Shown: piece by piece, positions 12,343-26,870 of the stretch | How positions within the stretch are numbered: position 1 is the first letter of the stretch | Layout: every line of letters starts with the position of its first letter | Origin: Octopus vulgaris | Taxonomy: Eukaryota | Direction of reading: 5' to 3' | Assembly (NCBI GenBank): GCA_951406725.2 | Contig: OX597832.1 | Coordinates: 70,246,001-70,310,000 of the forward strand | DNA: 64,000 nucleotides | The notes under the pieces: model-generated | What the model was told of the DNA's origin: nothing | Seen by the model: the letters and a program-made list of their open reading frames with translations, nothing else | Database searches by the model: none | Translations under genes and position numbers: made by a program

Positions 12343-12436
12343 AATATATATATACTTATATATATACATATATATGAATATATATATATATATATATACA
12401 TATATATAGATATATATACATAAACATATATATAAA

Positions 12437-14063
12437 TATCCGCTTGGTCAACCATTCCCCCTCTAACATATCGCCAAAATCCAGGCTTCACTTGGAACGG
12501 CGCTATATCTTCAATTTACGGACTAATATCCCGCACGGACTTAACACAGCCCCTTCCTGTTAGTGACTGCCCCTACACCTCCCGCAACAAGCAACTTTAT
12601 TTCTTCTCTCTTTTACATTTTTCAATTCTTACTTCTAATTGCGTCTTTTATATTGGATTTACTTCCTTGTATTTTGATTGTTTTTATAATTTTTTGTTTT
12701 TTTATTTTATAAATTATTGTTTTTATTTCTATATATACGAACACACACACACACACATACTTACGTATCCACGAACTCACATATACTTCTCATACACCAC
12801 ACACATACAGCATACATACATGCACATATATACACACACACACACTTCCACACGAACGCACATATGCCTCCCACACACCACACACATACAACATACATAC
12901 ATGCACATATACACACACATACACCCACACACATATGCGCGTAAACTCACACACGTACACAAACGTACACACACACATGGACCTATCCCACACAACCCCA
13001 CCCCACAGACACACATATCCTTAGACACACAAACATAAACGTACACACAACCACATACACGCACATACTCAAGCACACGCGCGTACAAACAACAAAATGC
13101 ACACAAACAGACACACCTCTCCACGTTCACACACACGCACACAACCTGACACACATCTCCACGTTCATACACACATATACACACGCACGTACATACACAC
13201 ATGCACACACGCACATACACATACACGCACATACATACGTACATAATACACGCACACACATATATACACACGTACATACACATACAGACATGCACACAAT
13301 TATACACACATGGGCACAAACACATACGCATGTAAGCATACACACGCGCACAAGCACACGCACGTAAGCACACACGCACACACGCACAAGCACACGCACG
13401 CATATACACACAGGTACGCACATTACACCTACACAACCCTCCCCTACACAACCTGCGCACACACGCATACACAAATTCACATACACACCTATACATATAC
13501 ATATAGACACAAACACACGTACACACAACTACACGCACATACGACACGCACGCACATACACACACACACGCACACACAAATGAACCCAATATACATTCCA
13601 TACACACAGCACACACTCATACATACACGCACACAATTATCCTTACATGTATACACATATACGCACATACAAGCACACACGCACACATACACACATGAAC
13701 ACACACACACACATACATCACACACGTGCTATCATTACACACACACGCATACACACACACACAGACCTGCGCGCACGCACATATCCACACTTACACACAC
13801 ATACCTCCTTCTCGTGCACTCTCCTGTCTTTGAAAGGACTTTTTCTTCACCCATTCCCTTCCGGTCATTCAAAATGTGACCGCGCGTGTATCGTTGGCGA
13901 TTTTTTTTCCTCCGTCTTCCCTTCCTTGGATCTTTCCTTTTCCTATGTTTCTGACGAAACATTAAATCCTCCTTCTTTCTTTCCTTTCCTGAGCGTCCAA
14001 TAACACTATACTTGTTCCACGTCCTCGCTTTGTTGTTTTCTCTTTGTGTTTTCATGTTTGGAT

Positions 14064-14068
<5 letters not shown>
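12437..14068 (+). mobile_element. 5'-truncated Penelope-like element (family B) in (TA)n
   Basis: GIY-YIG C-terminus RLHLERRYIFNLRTNIPHGLNTAPSC* (~12483-12563); ~1-kb degenerate CA-rich 3' UTR; HHR remnant ctgacgaaac at ~13951 with stem II deleted relative to the copy at 58797. Confidence 0.8.
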
Positions 14069-14129
<61 letters not shown>

Positions 14130-14344
14130 CATACATACATACATACATACATACACACACACATATACATCTTAGAACCTGCAAAGCAAGAAAATATGAG
14201 AGAGTAATAACGTACGGAACAAGGCAATGAAAAATAATCTGCGCGGAGTTTTCCTTCATCACGTCTCGTGAAGATCTAAATGTGATCCCCATACCTTGCC
14301 CTATAATGGCACTACTCTAATAATGCAAATAGCGCATACTCTGC

Positions 14345-14636
<292 letters not shown>

Positions 14637-14971
14637 GCATATATATGTATGTATACATATGTATGTTTGCGTATGTGTGTGTGCATATTTATATGTATAT
14701 AGATAGGTATACACGCATGCCCACGAACATGTGTATGTGTGAATGTACATACATGCATTCATAAACAAATCTGTGATCACACCAGCTCTACCTGTGCCAT
14801 TGGAGAGGTATTTCGGCAACCTGACCAACTTTCTTAGTCTCTATATAACTGGCCATTCATATTATATTAGAGACTTAGTTTAATGTAAGATGTTGACCTC
14901 ATATTCTATCTACTTTACGCCACTGCAAAGGATACACATATATTTTCATGTGTAAGATAGTGATTTCCTAT

Positions 14972-15155
14972 TTGTGCACAAGGCCAGTAATTGTGGGAAA
15001 GGGATAAGTCAACTACATTGACCCTAGTGCTCAATTGTTACTTATCTTATCGATAATGAGAGGCAAAGTCGAACCCTGTGGCATTTGAATTCAGAACGTA
15101 AAGATGGACGAAATACCGCTAAGCATTTGGATTGGCATGCTAACAATTCTCGCTG
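14972..15155 (-). mobile_element. Degenerate tRNA-derived SINE (family 2, Nin/Deu-domain-like)
   Basis: aggcaaagtcgaac...tttgaattcagaacgtaaagatggacgaaataccgctaagcattt matches the copies at 26652-26870 and 29530-29705. Confidence 0.75.
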
Positions 15156-16540
15156 CTTTTTTTTTTTCTTGAATAGAATATTAGAGAAACAACTTAACAC
15201 TCAGTACTAGATAATTTCTCAACCGCAGTAATTAATATAGCATACAAGAGACGTCAGGTCTTTGACCGAGAATGTTACATGTTCTCGTTTGTGGATAAAG
15301 AGGCAATCATTTTTAAGAATAATGAATATAGATGACATTTCGTAAATGTGTCACGTGTTTATTCTCAGTATCGAAAAATTTCTCTCTTCAATTGAAAATT
15401 ACTGATTCTTTGACCCAAGGCTTTACACGTTATTCCCTCACCATACACAATCGAGTCGAGAAAGTAATCAATATAGAACATTAATCATGAGCTAATTAAC
15501 TGAATTAGATGTAAGAATATGATTTGGTTGCAGCAGGAATTTTTCCAGTTAAAACAGGATACGACTCAGTTCCAAACGGTGGAATATATTATTTCTGTAA
15601 TTATTTGACAGTTCTTATCATCATTTTGATAGATTTAATTTGAATGAATTCATAACGACAAGGACGTTACAGAATCTGATTGTTCAATCATGCTATGGCT
15701 ATGGTATAAGTCACTTGCCTAAGACTCCGTGCAATAGGACCGAACCGAAACCCATGCACTTGCCAAGCGGTGTTCACCACCACGCAGCTATACCTGAGAC
15801 TACACACCATCTATAAAATTCATTCTGTACGAAAAGTTCTCTATTTCATATGAGTTTTGCTTTCAATAACATTTATTTGACAACTGAGTCACATTTATCT
15901 GACAACTTTCCAAGTAGAGTACGAGATATTTATCTTGGTTGCTATTTGATACAGTAAATAATGGAATGTTTTTCTTTTTGTGCGAAATGTAATATCAAAA
16001 AACCTCTTCGCAGTAGTCAGTCTTGATCACTTCCATTATATCGTCCAATCTCTCCTTTGGGGAAATGCAGCATTAACATAACTTACCATATTTCTCTTTG
16101 TTTTAGTAATTCAACATCGTTTTTCTTTATTTTTTCCATTGTGGTGGGTGGATGGTGGGGGTCTATGTGATATTAAATAATAAGCAAAACACGAAAAAAA
16201 GTAGTAAAATTCATATGCATTTATAATTCTACAGTCACACACAGACACACGCGCACACACACGCACACATACGCACACACAAATACATACACACATGTAT
16301 ATAAGAGTACATGACAGGGAAAGATGAGGTATGACTGTGTGATTAAGAAGTTCGTCTTGCAAGCATGTGGTTTCACGTTCAGTCTCACTACACTGTACTT
16401 TGGGTTATATATTTATATATATATATATATACCGGAGTAAACGCATAAATGTGAAACAAGGTGGAAAAAAGAGTACTCAAATACCAGTGGTAGAGTAATA
16501 TGCTTTATTTATAAAGTATATATATATATATATATATATC

Positions 16541-17012
16541 GTTAGCCAATAAAAACACGCTCACTATATATTTGGTGTTACTTTGCTTCAGCGTTATTTA
16601 TTTTTTACATTAATCTTAATCTTATTTCGGCCAGAGTTCTTTCGTCACACTTCTGTGACCTCATCAGTGGTCCTTTGCTTCCTTCTTTCTTATTTGTGTG
16701 TCTCTTCTTACTAACGGTCAGCCATTTTGTATTTCTATTGTTTGTGTCTTCATTTGCGCATGCGTATACTTCTATGTGTGTCTATGTTTAGTTAATGTGT
16801 GTGTGGAGGGAAGTGCCTGTAATATTTGTATCTCCTGTTTATATACGTTCGTGTAATTTGTTTTCGTTTTTGTTTATTTTTATTTTGATCATATGTTTAC
16901 ACCTACTTATTATTATTATTATCATTTTTTTAATGTATATAGTTATTTACTTCCATTTGTTTATTTACACAGATAAATAAACAAATGAAAGTAAATAACT
17001 ATATACAGTAAA

Positions 17013-17083
<71 letters not shown>

Positions 17084-17160
17084 TGATGATAATAATAATA
17101 AACATAGGCACACATAGAGGTATACGCCAAATATATAGAGCGTGTGTTTTTATTGGCTAA
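16541..17160 (-). mobile_element. Hairpin-type PLE-derived element with HHR
   Basis: Outer inverted repeat ttagccaataaaaacac / gtgtttttattggctaa; central palindrome ~16935-17006; starts at (TA)n. Confidence 0.75.
16629..16673 (-). ncRNA. Minimal hammerhead ribozyme motif, canonical CUGAUGA core
   Basis: Reverse complement ggacca-CTGATGA-g-gtcac(agaagt)gtgac-GAAA-gaac-TC-tggcc. Confidence 0.75.
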
Positions 17161-17249
17161 ACTGGCAAAATGACCATTCCTAAATACAACAATATCTGTT
17201 TCAACACACGATTTCACATAAAATATCTGGCAAAACAAATATATGTACC

Positions 17250-17410
17250 ACCTTGACTGATATCCAATCTACAGTGGAGAAGGCTAGCCACTGGATTTGG
17301 TTAAAAAGAGACGATGAGCGATGGCTAGAAGTATATTGAGTTCTTCATAACCAGCTGATCTAGCAAGCGGGGCCTCACATCAGTGAGGGGGGCCGGTGCG
17401 CATTGATACA
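17250..17410 (+). mobile_element. 3' end of an RLE non-LTR retrotransposon (Hero-like)
   Basis: Translation TDIQSTVEKASHWIWLKRDDERWLEVY* matches the C-terminal AExASxWIWxKR motif. Confidence 0.65.
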
Positions 17411-18004
17411 CATATATATATATATTACTCTCTTTGTTGTTACAAGACAGAAATATTCTTTAATGCCCCTCCTCTACCAATTTTGTTTCTTCCAAGTAAG
17501 ACATACGTTTTTTTTTCCAAAAGTATTTTTGAAAATCATCCTGGGTCCTATATGTGTTGTTTTAAATATTACAATCTCTAACTGCAGCAAACACTTTTCT
17601 TACCTGAATATGAACTGCTGAAATTGAGTGCTTTTAATATTCAAATTTTGAATTTCAAATTTTGGCACAAGGCTAGCAATTTTGTAAAACGGGAGACTCA
17701 ATTACATCAACCCACAAGGTTCAACAAATAATTTACTTTATCGCCTCCGAAATGACGACAAGCAAAGTCGATTAATATGACCGCACATCTTTCATACCAT
17801 CACATGCGGTCTCTTATAATTCCTCGACAAAGATTTCACCCAACACTTTTTCCTCTAAATTTCTGTCTTCAGGAGATAATTTCCTCACCACGAGGCATTG
17901 GGACCGAATGCATATTTAGTTGCCAGACATGTTAAAAATAGCAGTTAATGTTTAATCAATTCACTAGAAAAATGCTTGATTCTGTTTCAATACTAGTGAT
18001 GAGG

Positions 18005-18022
18005 GTAGTAGTAGTAGTAGTT

Positions 18023-18090
<68 letters not shown>
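18005..18090. repeat. (TAG)n microsatellite
   Basis: Direct inspection. Confidence 0.95.
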
Positions 18091-18091
<1 letters not shown>

Positions 18092-19175
18092 CCGCTATAG
18101 TTCTTGTCCAGCCTCCGTCTTCATTCAGCAGGCGCTTAAGCAAAAGTGATCTAACGTTGAACAGCCTGTCCTTGCGAAGAGAATGTTTTGCAGTGAACGC
18201 ACTTATAGAAAAGTGGTTAGGAAGTTCGCTTTGAGATCCTGCTCTCCAAGGTTGAATCCCATTCCATATTTCTTTTAACTTTAGGAAACCCGAATTTGGA
18301 ATTCGATGGGCATCATATAAGTGACAAACTGTTGAGATTTTCTCTGTAATTCAAAGACCAAACCTTGTCACGTGTTGAGTCACATGGACTGGCACCAAAA
18401 TTACATTAAGGATACACGCGTCTGTGAAATACTCAACCATTTATTTGGTTTGTGAACATGGAAGCAGTTCACTTATCAAACAATTGGGTAATCCTCATGG
18501 AAGCCAACAGAAGACTCATCAAGTAATATAACCCTCCATTACTTAAGTCATTACTGTATGAATGAAGTAATTTGGCTGATATTTCTAGCTAATGAAACCT
18601 GCACAGGTTTCATCTGCCGTAGTCATTGTCGTTATAGTTATGTATGGTGTTGTTGTTGTTATTGCCCATATTTCTTTTCCTATAATTGTTGGTGTTAATC
18701 TTAGTAATAGTTTCTGTTGCTATTATTGTTAATCATGTTCGTATTCTCGGTTTTCTTATTATTCTTGATGTCGTTATTATCGCTAATGTTGTTGTTGTTA
18801 TTTATGCTTTGGTTGTTGAGGTTATTGTTGTATTCCATTAAATGATGGATTCAAAATGTTTGCGTGTTGGCAACGATAGCGTGAATACAAAATGAATATA
18901 AATGATGATAAAATTAATCCACGAATGGTGATTTGATTCGATTCAACACCAATTCAATGCGCAAACAAATACAATAACACAAAATAATAAAACAAAACAT
19001 AATTCAAACTGAAACAAATACATCAAATAAAACAACAGAACAAAACCGTTCATAAAAAGAAAACAAAATAAAAAAACATTATTTGCGAACAAATGGAACT
19101 AAATGACGTCGGTTTGCTTTCCAGTCATTCGTGGCGGAGAAATTTTTCCCCGGTCACACAAAACTAAATTGTATC

Positions 19176-19221
<46 letters not shown>

Positions 19222-21151
19222 GTACATACATGTATGCATGCATATTTACATACTTACATACCACTATAGGAAAGCGTATATGAAAGACCTTATTGACAAG
19301 ACCAACTCATGCATTTGTGTGTATGTGTGTTGTGCATAAGTGTGTGTGTGTGTGCTTGAATTCGATACTCCGTATATTGAGTGCCCACTTTTTGGAATCT
19401 GGCACTTTAATGATAATTGTAAATTACATTTAGTAGTCAATACCATAAATATCGATTCGTATGAATTGAGTCGATCCATGCTTCGTTTGACATAAATATT
19501 CAATGGTAACGAAATGTTCTCAAGAATAATCTTATTCGTTATGTTACAATAAAATTATAACATCTATACGTGTACGTTTATCTGTTGTGTGGGGTGCGAT
19601 GTTACGTTAATGATGTAACTGCATACAGGAAGGCAAACTACGAAACAGTTGTAAGTATAAATAGGAATAAATATTTATTACCTCTTATTTTCTCGGAAAA
19701 AACATGACTTCATGTATATATATGTGGGCGTGTGAGTGTGTGTATCTGTGTATGTATGATTGTGTGTATGTGTACACATATATATAGATGAATATTTATT
19801 TGTATGTAGTATATATATATATATGGGGGTATATGTGCGTGTATTGATTATTTAACATTCAATTATGGAAGGAAATTTAGTTAATGTCACTAATTGAACG
19901 AAATAATGATTTCTTTCGGTGTAGAAATGGTAATTCCTCAAAGAATTACAAATATGTGGCTAGCGACGTATTTCATATTTTACAACATATATATTCAACC
20001 AATGTACAGCACATGAATGCTTATAGTTTATATGTTTGCTTATAGACACACGTATATGTATTCAGTCATACAAACACACACACACGCACGCACACACGCA
20101 CACATCCACACATGCACACACGCACGCACGTACACAAACACACACACACATATATATACTCATAAATCAGTATACATACAAACTCGCATACATAGTTACA
20201 TCCATGCAGACACACTAGACTGACTTAAAGAAAGTGAGACAAACATATATAACATGAGTATATATATGTATGTGTGTGTGTGTGTGTGTATTTGTGTGTG
20301 TGTGTGTGTGTGTGTGATGCAAAATTTAGTAACTGAGGCACTTCACGAATTCTGTTTGCCCTTTCTGAATTCTATTTAGAATTCTTCGTCACCAAACTAA
20401 AATGTTAAGAGTCTCACAGGAAGTCTTTTGACATTTCTCTACGGTGCTTTTTCTTAAACCAATTTCTAGTTGAAATTTGCAAGAAAAGAAACTTTAATTC
20501 TATTAAATACAAGGGTTTCGCTTGTTTTTGTTTTTTTTTTGTGTGTATTTTTGGTATCTGTACTTAATATGTTGCATCTGTCAGCCTCTGCGTCAATGTG
20601 GGTGTTTACAACGCGAAGGTCATTTTATCACTAACAACAAATGTAATTCCTATATTTTCTTTCTTAATATAATACACAGTCAACTAGTTAAGTAATTAGC
20701 TAATTAACAAAGCAATTGCCTGAATAATTGTTTCATTAAAGTCCCTTCATAATTAAAAACCATCTTAGCAATGAGAGATTTCTGTTTTGCTGCAGTTTTC
20801 GTAGACATGAGTATACAGCGAAATTACGAAATTTGTATAAAACACTCAATGATATAAAAACATTTCATTAGAATTCTGAAAGTGAGCCTTTTTTGTTACA
20901 TGTCACTTGAAAACATTGGCTGTTTCACATTGAACATGAGCATTTAGGAAAACAAAACGGAAACAGCCGACATTGTCAAATGATATCGACTTATTTTCCT
21001 AAGTTCTCTTTATACACACGATGAGCTAGTTTGCCGAAACTTCGGTGACATTGTCAATTCTATTCTAAAGAACAATAAAGCTGTACTCTAGCAAATGTAT
21101 TGAGTAATCATTCAAATTAATTATTTTTTGATTATAAGAGAAAAGCAAACA

Positions 21152-21187
<36 letters not shown>

Positions 21188-21226
21188 AACGTAAACGAGC
21201 GAAACTTCGACTATTATTATTATTAC

Positions 21227-21249
<23 letters not shown>

Positions 21250-21272
<23 letters not shown>

Positions 21273-22720
21273 ATTGATTATAACATAAGTTTGAACCATT
21301 TGGCCAGTAATTTTCTTTGGAGGAAGAAACATGCAGCCGTTCACTTCATGTGAGGTGTATGCTACCGTCGACACGTCTCCATTATTTTAGACTCTTCTCT
21401 GCATTTTCTATTTCTTTCCAGTTGGATTACAGTTTTTACAGCTCTACCTTAGTATCACACCTCCACGTATTTGTAGGATGTGCTCCCTTCCACATTCCTT
21501 GTGCGTTCCAGTCAGGTCTGACGTGTAATGTAGGATGTGGCTTTTGTTAAGATTTGACCTTACCGTTCTCACCCTTCGCCGTCTGTTCTCACGTCTTGTA
21601 CAAGCCTTCATTTCTTATCTATCCCTCTAATTTAAAGAATACACTTTCGATAGTCATTGATGAAGGTGTGTATCTTTTTTAGGGGGAGAGAGGTCTTTTT
21701 CGTTCTTCTCCATGTCTCTTATTTGTAGCGAAGGATGGACTTCACAGTTGAGTGAGCATCAAACACTTCAAATACTTTTACTCGGTGAATATAGAGTTTG
21801 GGTCACTTGTAACAGTAATTAAATCATTTCAGAATGGGTTGGTGACATGAGTCAATATCGATGATGACATTCCTAAACAGAATATTCTCTTGCAAGATGA
21901 CTTCCTTACCCCAACGCTCTTTTCTTTGCACTTTGTTCTTACTCTCATTCATGCTTTTGCTGCAGATTGATTTTCTGGAATATCTGTGAAGTACCGAACT
22001 TTGGGGTGTACCTTCAACTTGCGTTCAGTTCAAATGCATTTCAGACATTTTTTATGAATATGTTTGCGACTCTTAATTCTCGTATTGGGTCCCAACAGAG
22101 CATCGCGAGACAAACAAAAGGCTCTGTACCGTGCGTCCTGCTGAGGTTCTCCTTTATTCATGAAATATAAGCCATTTATAAACATCTGACAGATTCTGAA
22201 TGTTGGCTGGTCGTTGCAGTGTTCTTGAAGGGAGCCGAAGTCCTCAACATTGGAAGCGATGGTGCACAAGCAACATTTGTACTCGATACAACAACTTGCT
22301 CGGATGAATAATTTGAGGATCTCTAAGCAGATGCTACAGGGCAAACGAACTTCTCTGTGAAAGTGCCCCTAACAGAAACCACAACTATTATTTAATTACT
22401 GCGTAATTTCCTCGTCGCACCAATTGCGAAAGCAACTCTTCTCATCGACACAAATGGAGGAAACAAGTCAAGAAAGAAATGGATATCTTCGTAAAACGCA
22501 CATTTTTGATGTAGAATTTAAACGAGATGCTCTAAAAAGCACGGTCAATGTAGAGAACGAGGGAAGCTTGGTCTGCAATTTGTGTCTTCACGGGAGAATA
22601 TTTATCAAGAGCTGGGTTCATTAGTCACCAACGGAGAAAGAAGTGTAAAGTAAAAATTTGAGAGTACAATGTTCTAAATGATCAGAGATGGTCGTCCTTG
22701 ATCACGAGCGGACAGGCACC
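21250..22720. mobile_element. Decayed RTE-clade LINE fragments (mixed orientation)
   Basis: Plus-strand pieces resemble RTE thumb/C-terminus (RISKQML.G, GSLVCNLC); the 3' end atggtcgtccttgatcacgagcggac is similar to 38413-38445. Confidence 0.5.
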
Positions 22721-22891
22721 ATATATATACGTGTGAGCATGTGTATGTGTGTGTGTGTTTGCGCTTGAGGGTGTGTGTATGTTTGAATGTATGTATGGGT
22801 GTATGTAAATATAGATCTAGATATAGATATGGTTATAGACAGGTAGATGTATCATCTACCTATATATCTACCTATCTATTTATCTATATAT

Positions 22892-22932
<41 letters not shown>

Positions 22933-22935
<3 letters not shown>

Positions 22936-24213
22936 AAGAAAGTGAAATATATACGAGTGGAAATATATATGAAAGAAGGTTTGAAAATGCAATTTTAAAA
23001 GATGTTTATTCACTTGACCGGTTTCACTTTTTTAGAAAAAGATTGTCAAAAGTTACATGTAAAAGCTTTGTTGTGTTAAGTACGGGTTGTCACAAAATAT
23101 TACAATACATAAATACATTCTTTGCTAATAATAAGAAAATGTTAAAAACAGTTTACAAGGAAAAATCTTGAGAAAATATAAAAAAGTTCATTAGAAATAT
23201 TAGGATTTCATTAAAAATAAGATTGTCAACGGTAAAATGTGAAAGTTGTGTAAGAGCTTTGTTGTGTTAAGTATTGGTCGTCACAAAAAATTACAAGACA
23301 TATATACATTCTTTGATAATAATAAGAAAATGTTAAAAACAGTTTACAGGAAGAATCTTGAGAAAATATTAAAAAGTTCATAAAAAATATTAGGATTTCA
23401 TTAAAAATCATATTTGCTTGGAAGTATCTATATATATACGCAGAAAATTATAAGTTGAAAAAGGTGATATTTTGGTGGTATATATATACACAGAAGGAGA
23501 TATATTTAAGAGTTTTCAAAGAATTTGAGATGGACTGGCCTGTTTCACCATTTTATCTTAAAAGGCTATTTTCTATTTTAAGGGAGTGTGGAAGATTGGT
23601 TTGGGTGGGGGATGGAAGAGCAATGTGGAATTGAAAGCAATTTTTTTTCGCTTTCAAGGTTTAGTGGTTTTGGGGATTGGTCTTTAGCGGTCAGAATGGT
23701 GTGAGTGTGTGTATCTCTGCGTGTGTGTATATACATGTGTTTGTGTTTGTGTGGGTCGATTTTGATTGGTCCCAAGGTTTATTGTGGTGTATTTAAATGT
23801 GACTGTGTGTGTTTAATATTTGGTAGGATGGTGTGTGTGTATGTGTGCACGTTTGTGTGTGTGTGTGTATGTGTGTGATTAATATTTGTTAGGGTGTTGT
23901 GTGTGCGCATGGGTGTGTTTATGTGTTTGTTCGCGTGTGTGTATGTGTGCGTATGTGTGTGCGCGCAAGTATGCTTGTATGTTTTTAAATGTTGGTGGGG
24001 ATGTTATGTGTGTGTAGGTGAGTGTGTGTGTATCTTTGTCTTACTATGTTTGTGTTGTTATGATTGTCTTGATGTTGTCTGTATGTGTATTCCCACTAAC
24101 ACAAACACATAAACACATACATGCGCACACACAACACCATAACAAATACCAATCACGCACATACATACACACACATAATACCAAGACAATCATAACAAAA
24201 ACCTTCTTTCATA
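22933..24213 (-). mobile_element. Second copy of PLE family A (3' UTR only) with short inverted segment
   Basis: gaaagaaggtttgaaaatgcaattttaaaagatgttta matches 2063 onward; HHR variant at 23012-23053 with GUC triplet; ends aaaccttctttcata; (TA)n flanks. Confidence 0.88.
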
Positions 24214-24249
24214 CATATATATATATATATGAATAAAGAGATGGGGTGG

Positions 24250-24585
24250 AGCGTAAGCATGGCGGTGTGATTAAGTAGCTCGTTTAGCAGTCACGTGGGC
24301 TTGGCTTCAGTGTCTTCTGTAGCTCTACACTGGTTAATGATTTATCAGGAAATTTTGTTGACAGAAACTGCGCAGAAGCCCTTGTTTTATAGATACGTGT
24401 ATGTGTGTATCTGTGTGTGTATGTATGTGTGTGCACGTATTTGTGCTTGTCGCCCTCCACCACCACCACCAACGCTTGACTACCGGTGTTGGTTTGTGTA
24501 CTGTCCTGTATCTTTGCGGTTTAGCAAAATTGTATTCATGTCGTTTTCGCCCAGTCATCGTCGCATGATTGAAACAAGTAAAATA
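24250..24585 (+). mobile_element. Degenerate SINE family 3
   Basis: Colinear with 59794-60200 (head, gacagaaactg..agaagcc, internal GT repeat, gcttgac, tail tgaaacaagtaaaa). Confidence 0.65.
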
Positions 24586-24747
24586 TTGTGTGTGTATGTA
24601 TGTGTGTGTGTGTGTATACACGTATTGCCACATGAATGTTCAGAAAGAGGAGAATTCCAGCTGTATGATAAGATTTGGTAGCCGATACCCGGTGAGGAGC
24701 TTTCGAAAGCACACAATAAAATTATCAACCAGATTATGTGTGTGTGT

Positions 24748-24801
<54 letters not shown>

Positions 24802-25008
24802 CGAATGACGCGCCATATTCCTTTTCCACCCGTATTCATTTGTCTTGCCTGTTTACCTACAAAGCCATCCGCAATCAAAATGTAACGTTTCAATTCTATA
24901 TTTCATTTTCTAGCCATCGTACTTCTCATTATTCTTATCAATGGCGTCGTTGTTGCTGCTAATTCTGCTGGTGCCGCTGTTGCTGCTGCTACTACTACAA
25001 CTACCACC

Positions 25009-25086
<78 letters not shown>

Positions 25087-25460
25087 GCTACTACTACTGC
25101 AGCTGCAGCTGCTGCTGATGCAACTGTTTAAGTCGAATATATATAATAGGTTCTAGTGGAACATATGTGTAAATGTAATTTGTCAAATCCCCCACTTTCT
25201 ATATTTATCAAGATTTTTCATCGGGGGAAATTAATTTAAACGTTTCCAGCAATTTACCGCTCAACACGCCATATATCATAGATGACTCCGACAGTACGAC
25301 AATCACTCATTGAGAACTTGATTTATTATACCTGCTGGAGACAGGTGTTTTTCATATATATGTGTGTGTGTGTCTGCGCGCGCGCGTGTTCTTATAGCAT
25401 TTTTGCTATTAGTGTTCTACATATGTGATTATGTTTTATATATATGTATATATGTATATA

Positions 25461-25513
<53 letters not shown>

Positions 25514-25859
25514 ACCAATTTCTCAATCTCTGCCTGTCTTTCTCTCTCACACGCACACACACGCGCACACACTTTCTCATGTCCTCCCTTTTTCTCAGTA
25601 GATCTAATCAAAATAGATGCTTTACGTAGTATGTCCCATGTAGACGAAACGACAAATGTACAAAGCGAAAAGAAAATGTTTTGTTCAACAATGAATGGCT
25701 ACGTTGCTTGGTCAAAGTATGACTGTTAATCTCAAAGAATGATTGACACAAGGTAATCGATGTATTTCTGATCTATCGATTGAATTGCTCACTTTCTGAC
25801 CCCAGTTTAGTTTCGTTCATTAAATAATCGTAACATATTACTGATTCTAGCAAATAAAT

Positions 25860-26870
25860 ATTTAGCTATATAAAATCGACCTCAAGAGGAATTTGATCTT
25901 AAGACATAAGAATGAGTCTGAAATACCACAAGGTCTTTTGCCTAACACTCTACCGAACAGACTTCTCCCTCATAATGCTGGTTTTCGTTTTTGGTAGCGA
26001 TTTCAATAGAGTGGGGTTAAATCTGGTACTTGTTTTATCGATCCGGAGGATGAAAAGCTAGGTCAACGTTAGCAATACGTGAACTCAGATTTCGTCCATC
26101 TTTACGTTCTGAGTTCAAATTCCGCCGAGGTCGACTTTCCCTTTCATTCTTTCGGGGTCGATGAATTAAGTACCAGCTGCGCACTGGAGTCGATCTAATC
26201 GACTGGCCCCCTACCCAAAAATTTCGGGCCTTGTGCCTAGACTTGAAAAGAAAAGAATATATGAACTCAGAATATGTAAACCTCTCTCATATTAACAATT
26301 GTTTCAAATTTGTTAGAAATCAAGGGGTCTTAGATTAGGATTATAGACGATATCAACGGACCCGGCCATTCACTGGCAACTTACATTCTATTAACCTCGT
26401 AAAAGCAAGAGGTAAAGTTTACCTCGGTAGGATTTGAACTCAGAAATGAAACAAACGGAAGAAAAAGGATAAAGTATAAATTTCTTTATTGCCCACAGTG
26501 GGCTAAACACAGAGGGGACAAACAAGGACAGATAAAAGGATTAAGTCGACCTCAGTGCGTAACTGGTACTTATTTTATCGACTCCAAAAGGATGAAAGGC
26601 AAAGTCGACCTCGGCGGAATTTGAACTCAGAATGTAACGACAGACGAAATTCCTATTTATTTACTACCCACAGAGAGGACAAACAAGGAGAGACAAACGG
26701 ATTAAGTTGACTACATCGACCCCAATGCGTAACTGGTACTTAATTTATCGACGCCGAAAGGATGAAAGGCAAAGTCGACCTCGGCGGAATTTGAACTCAG
26801 GACGTAACGGCAGACGAAATACCGCTAAGCATTTCGCATTGTGTGCTAACGATTCTGCCAGCTCGCCGCC
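25860..26870. mobile_element. Cluster of ~6 SINE family 2 copies/fragments
   Basis: Repeated gtcgacctcggcggaatttgaactcag motif; plus-strand copy 26091-26250; minus-strand copies 26480-26651 and 26652-26870 (with tRNA head). Confidence 0.85.
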
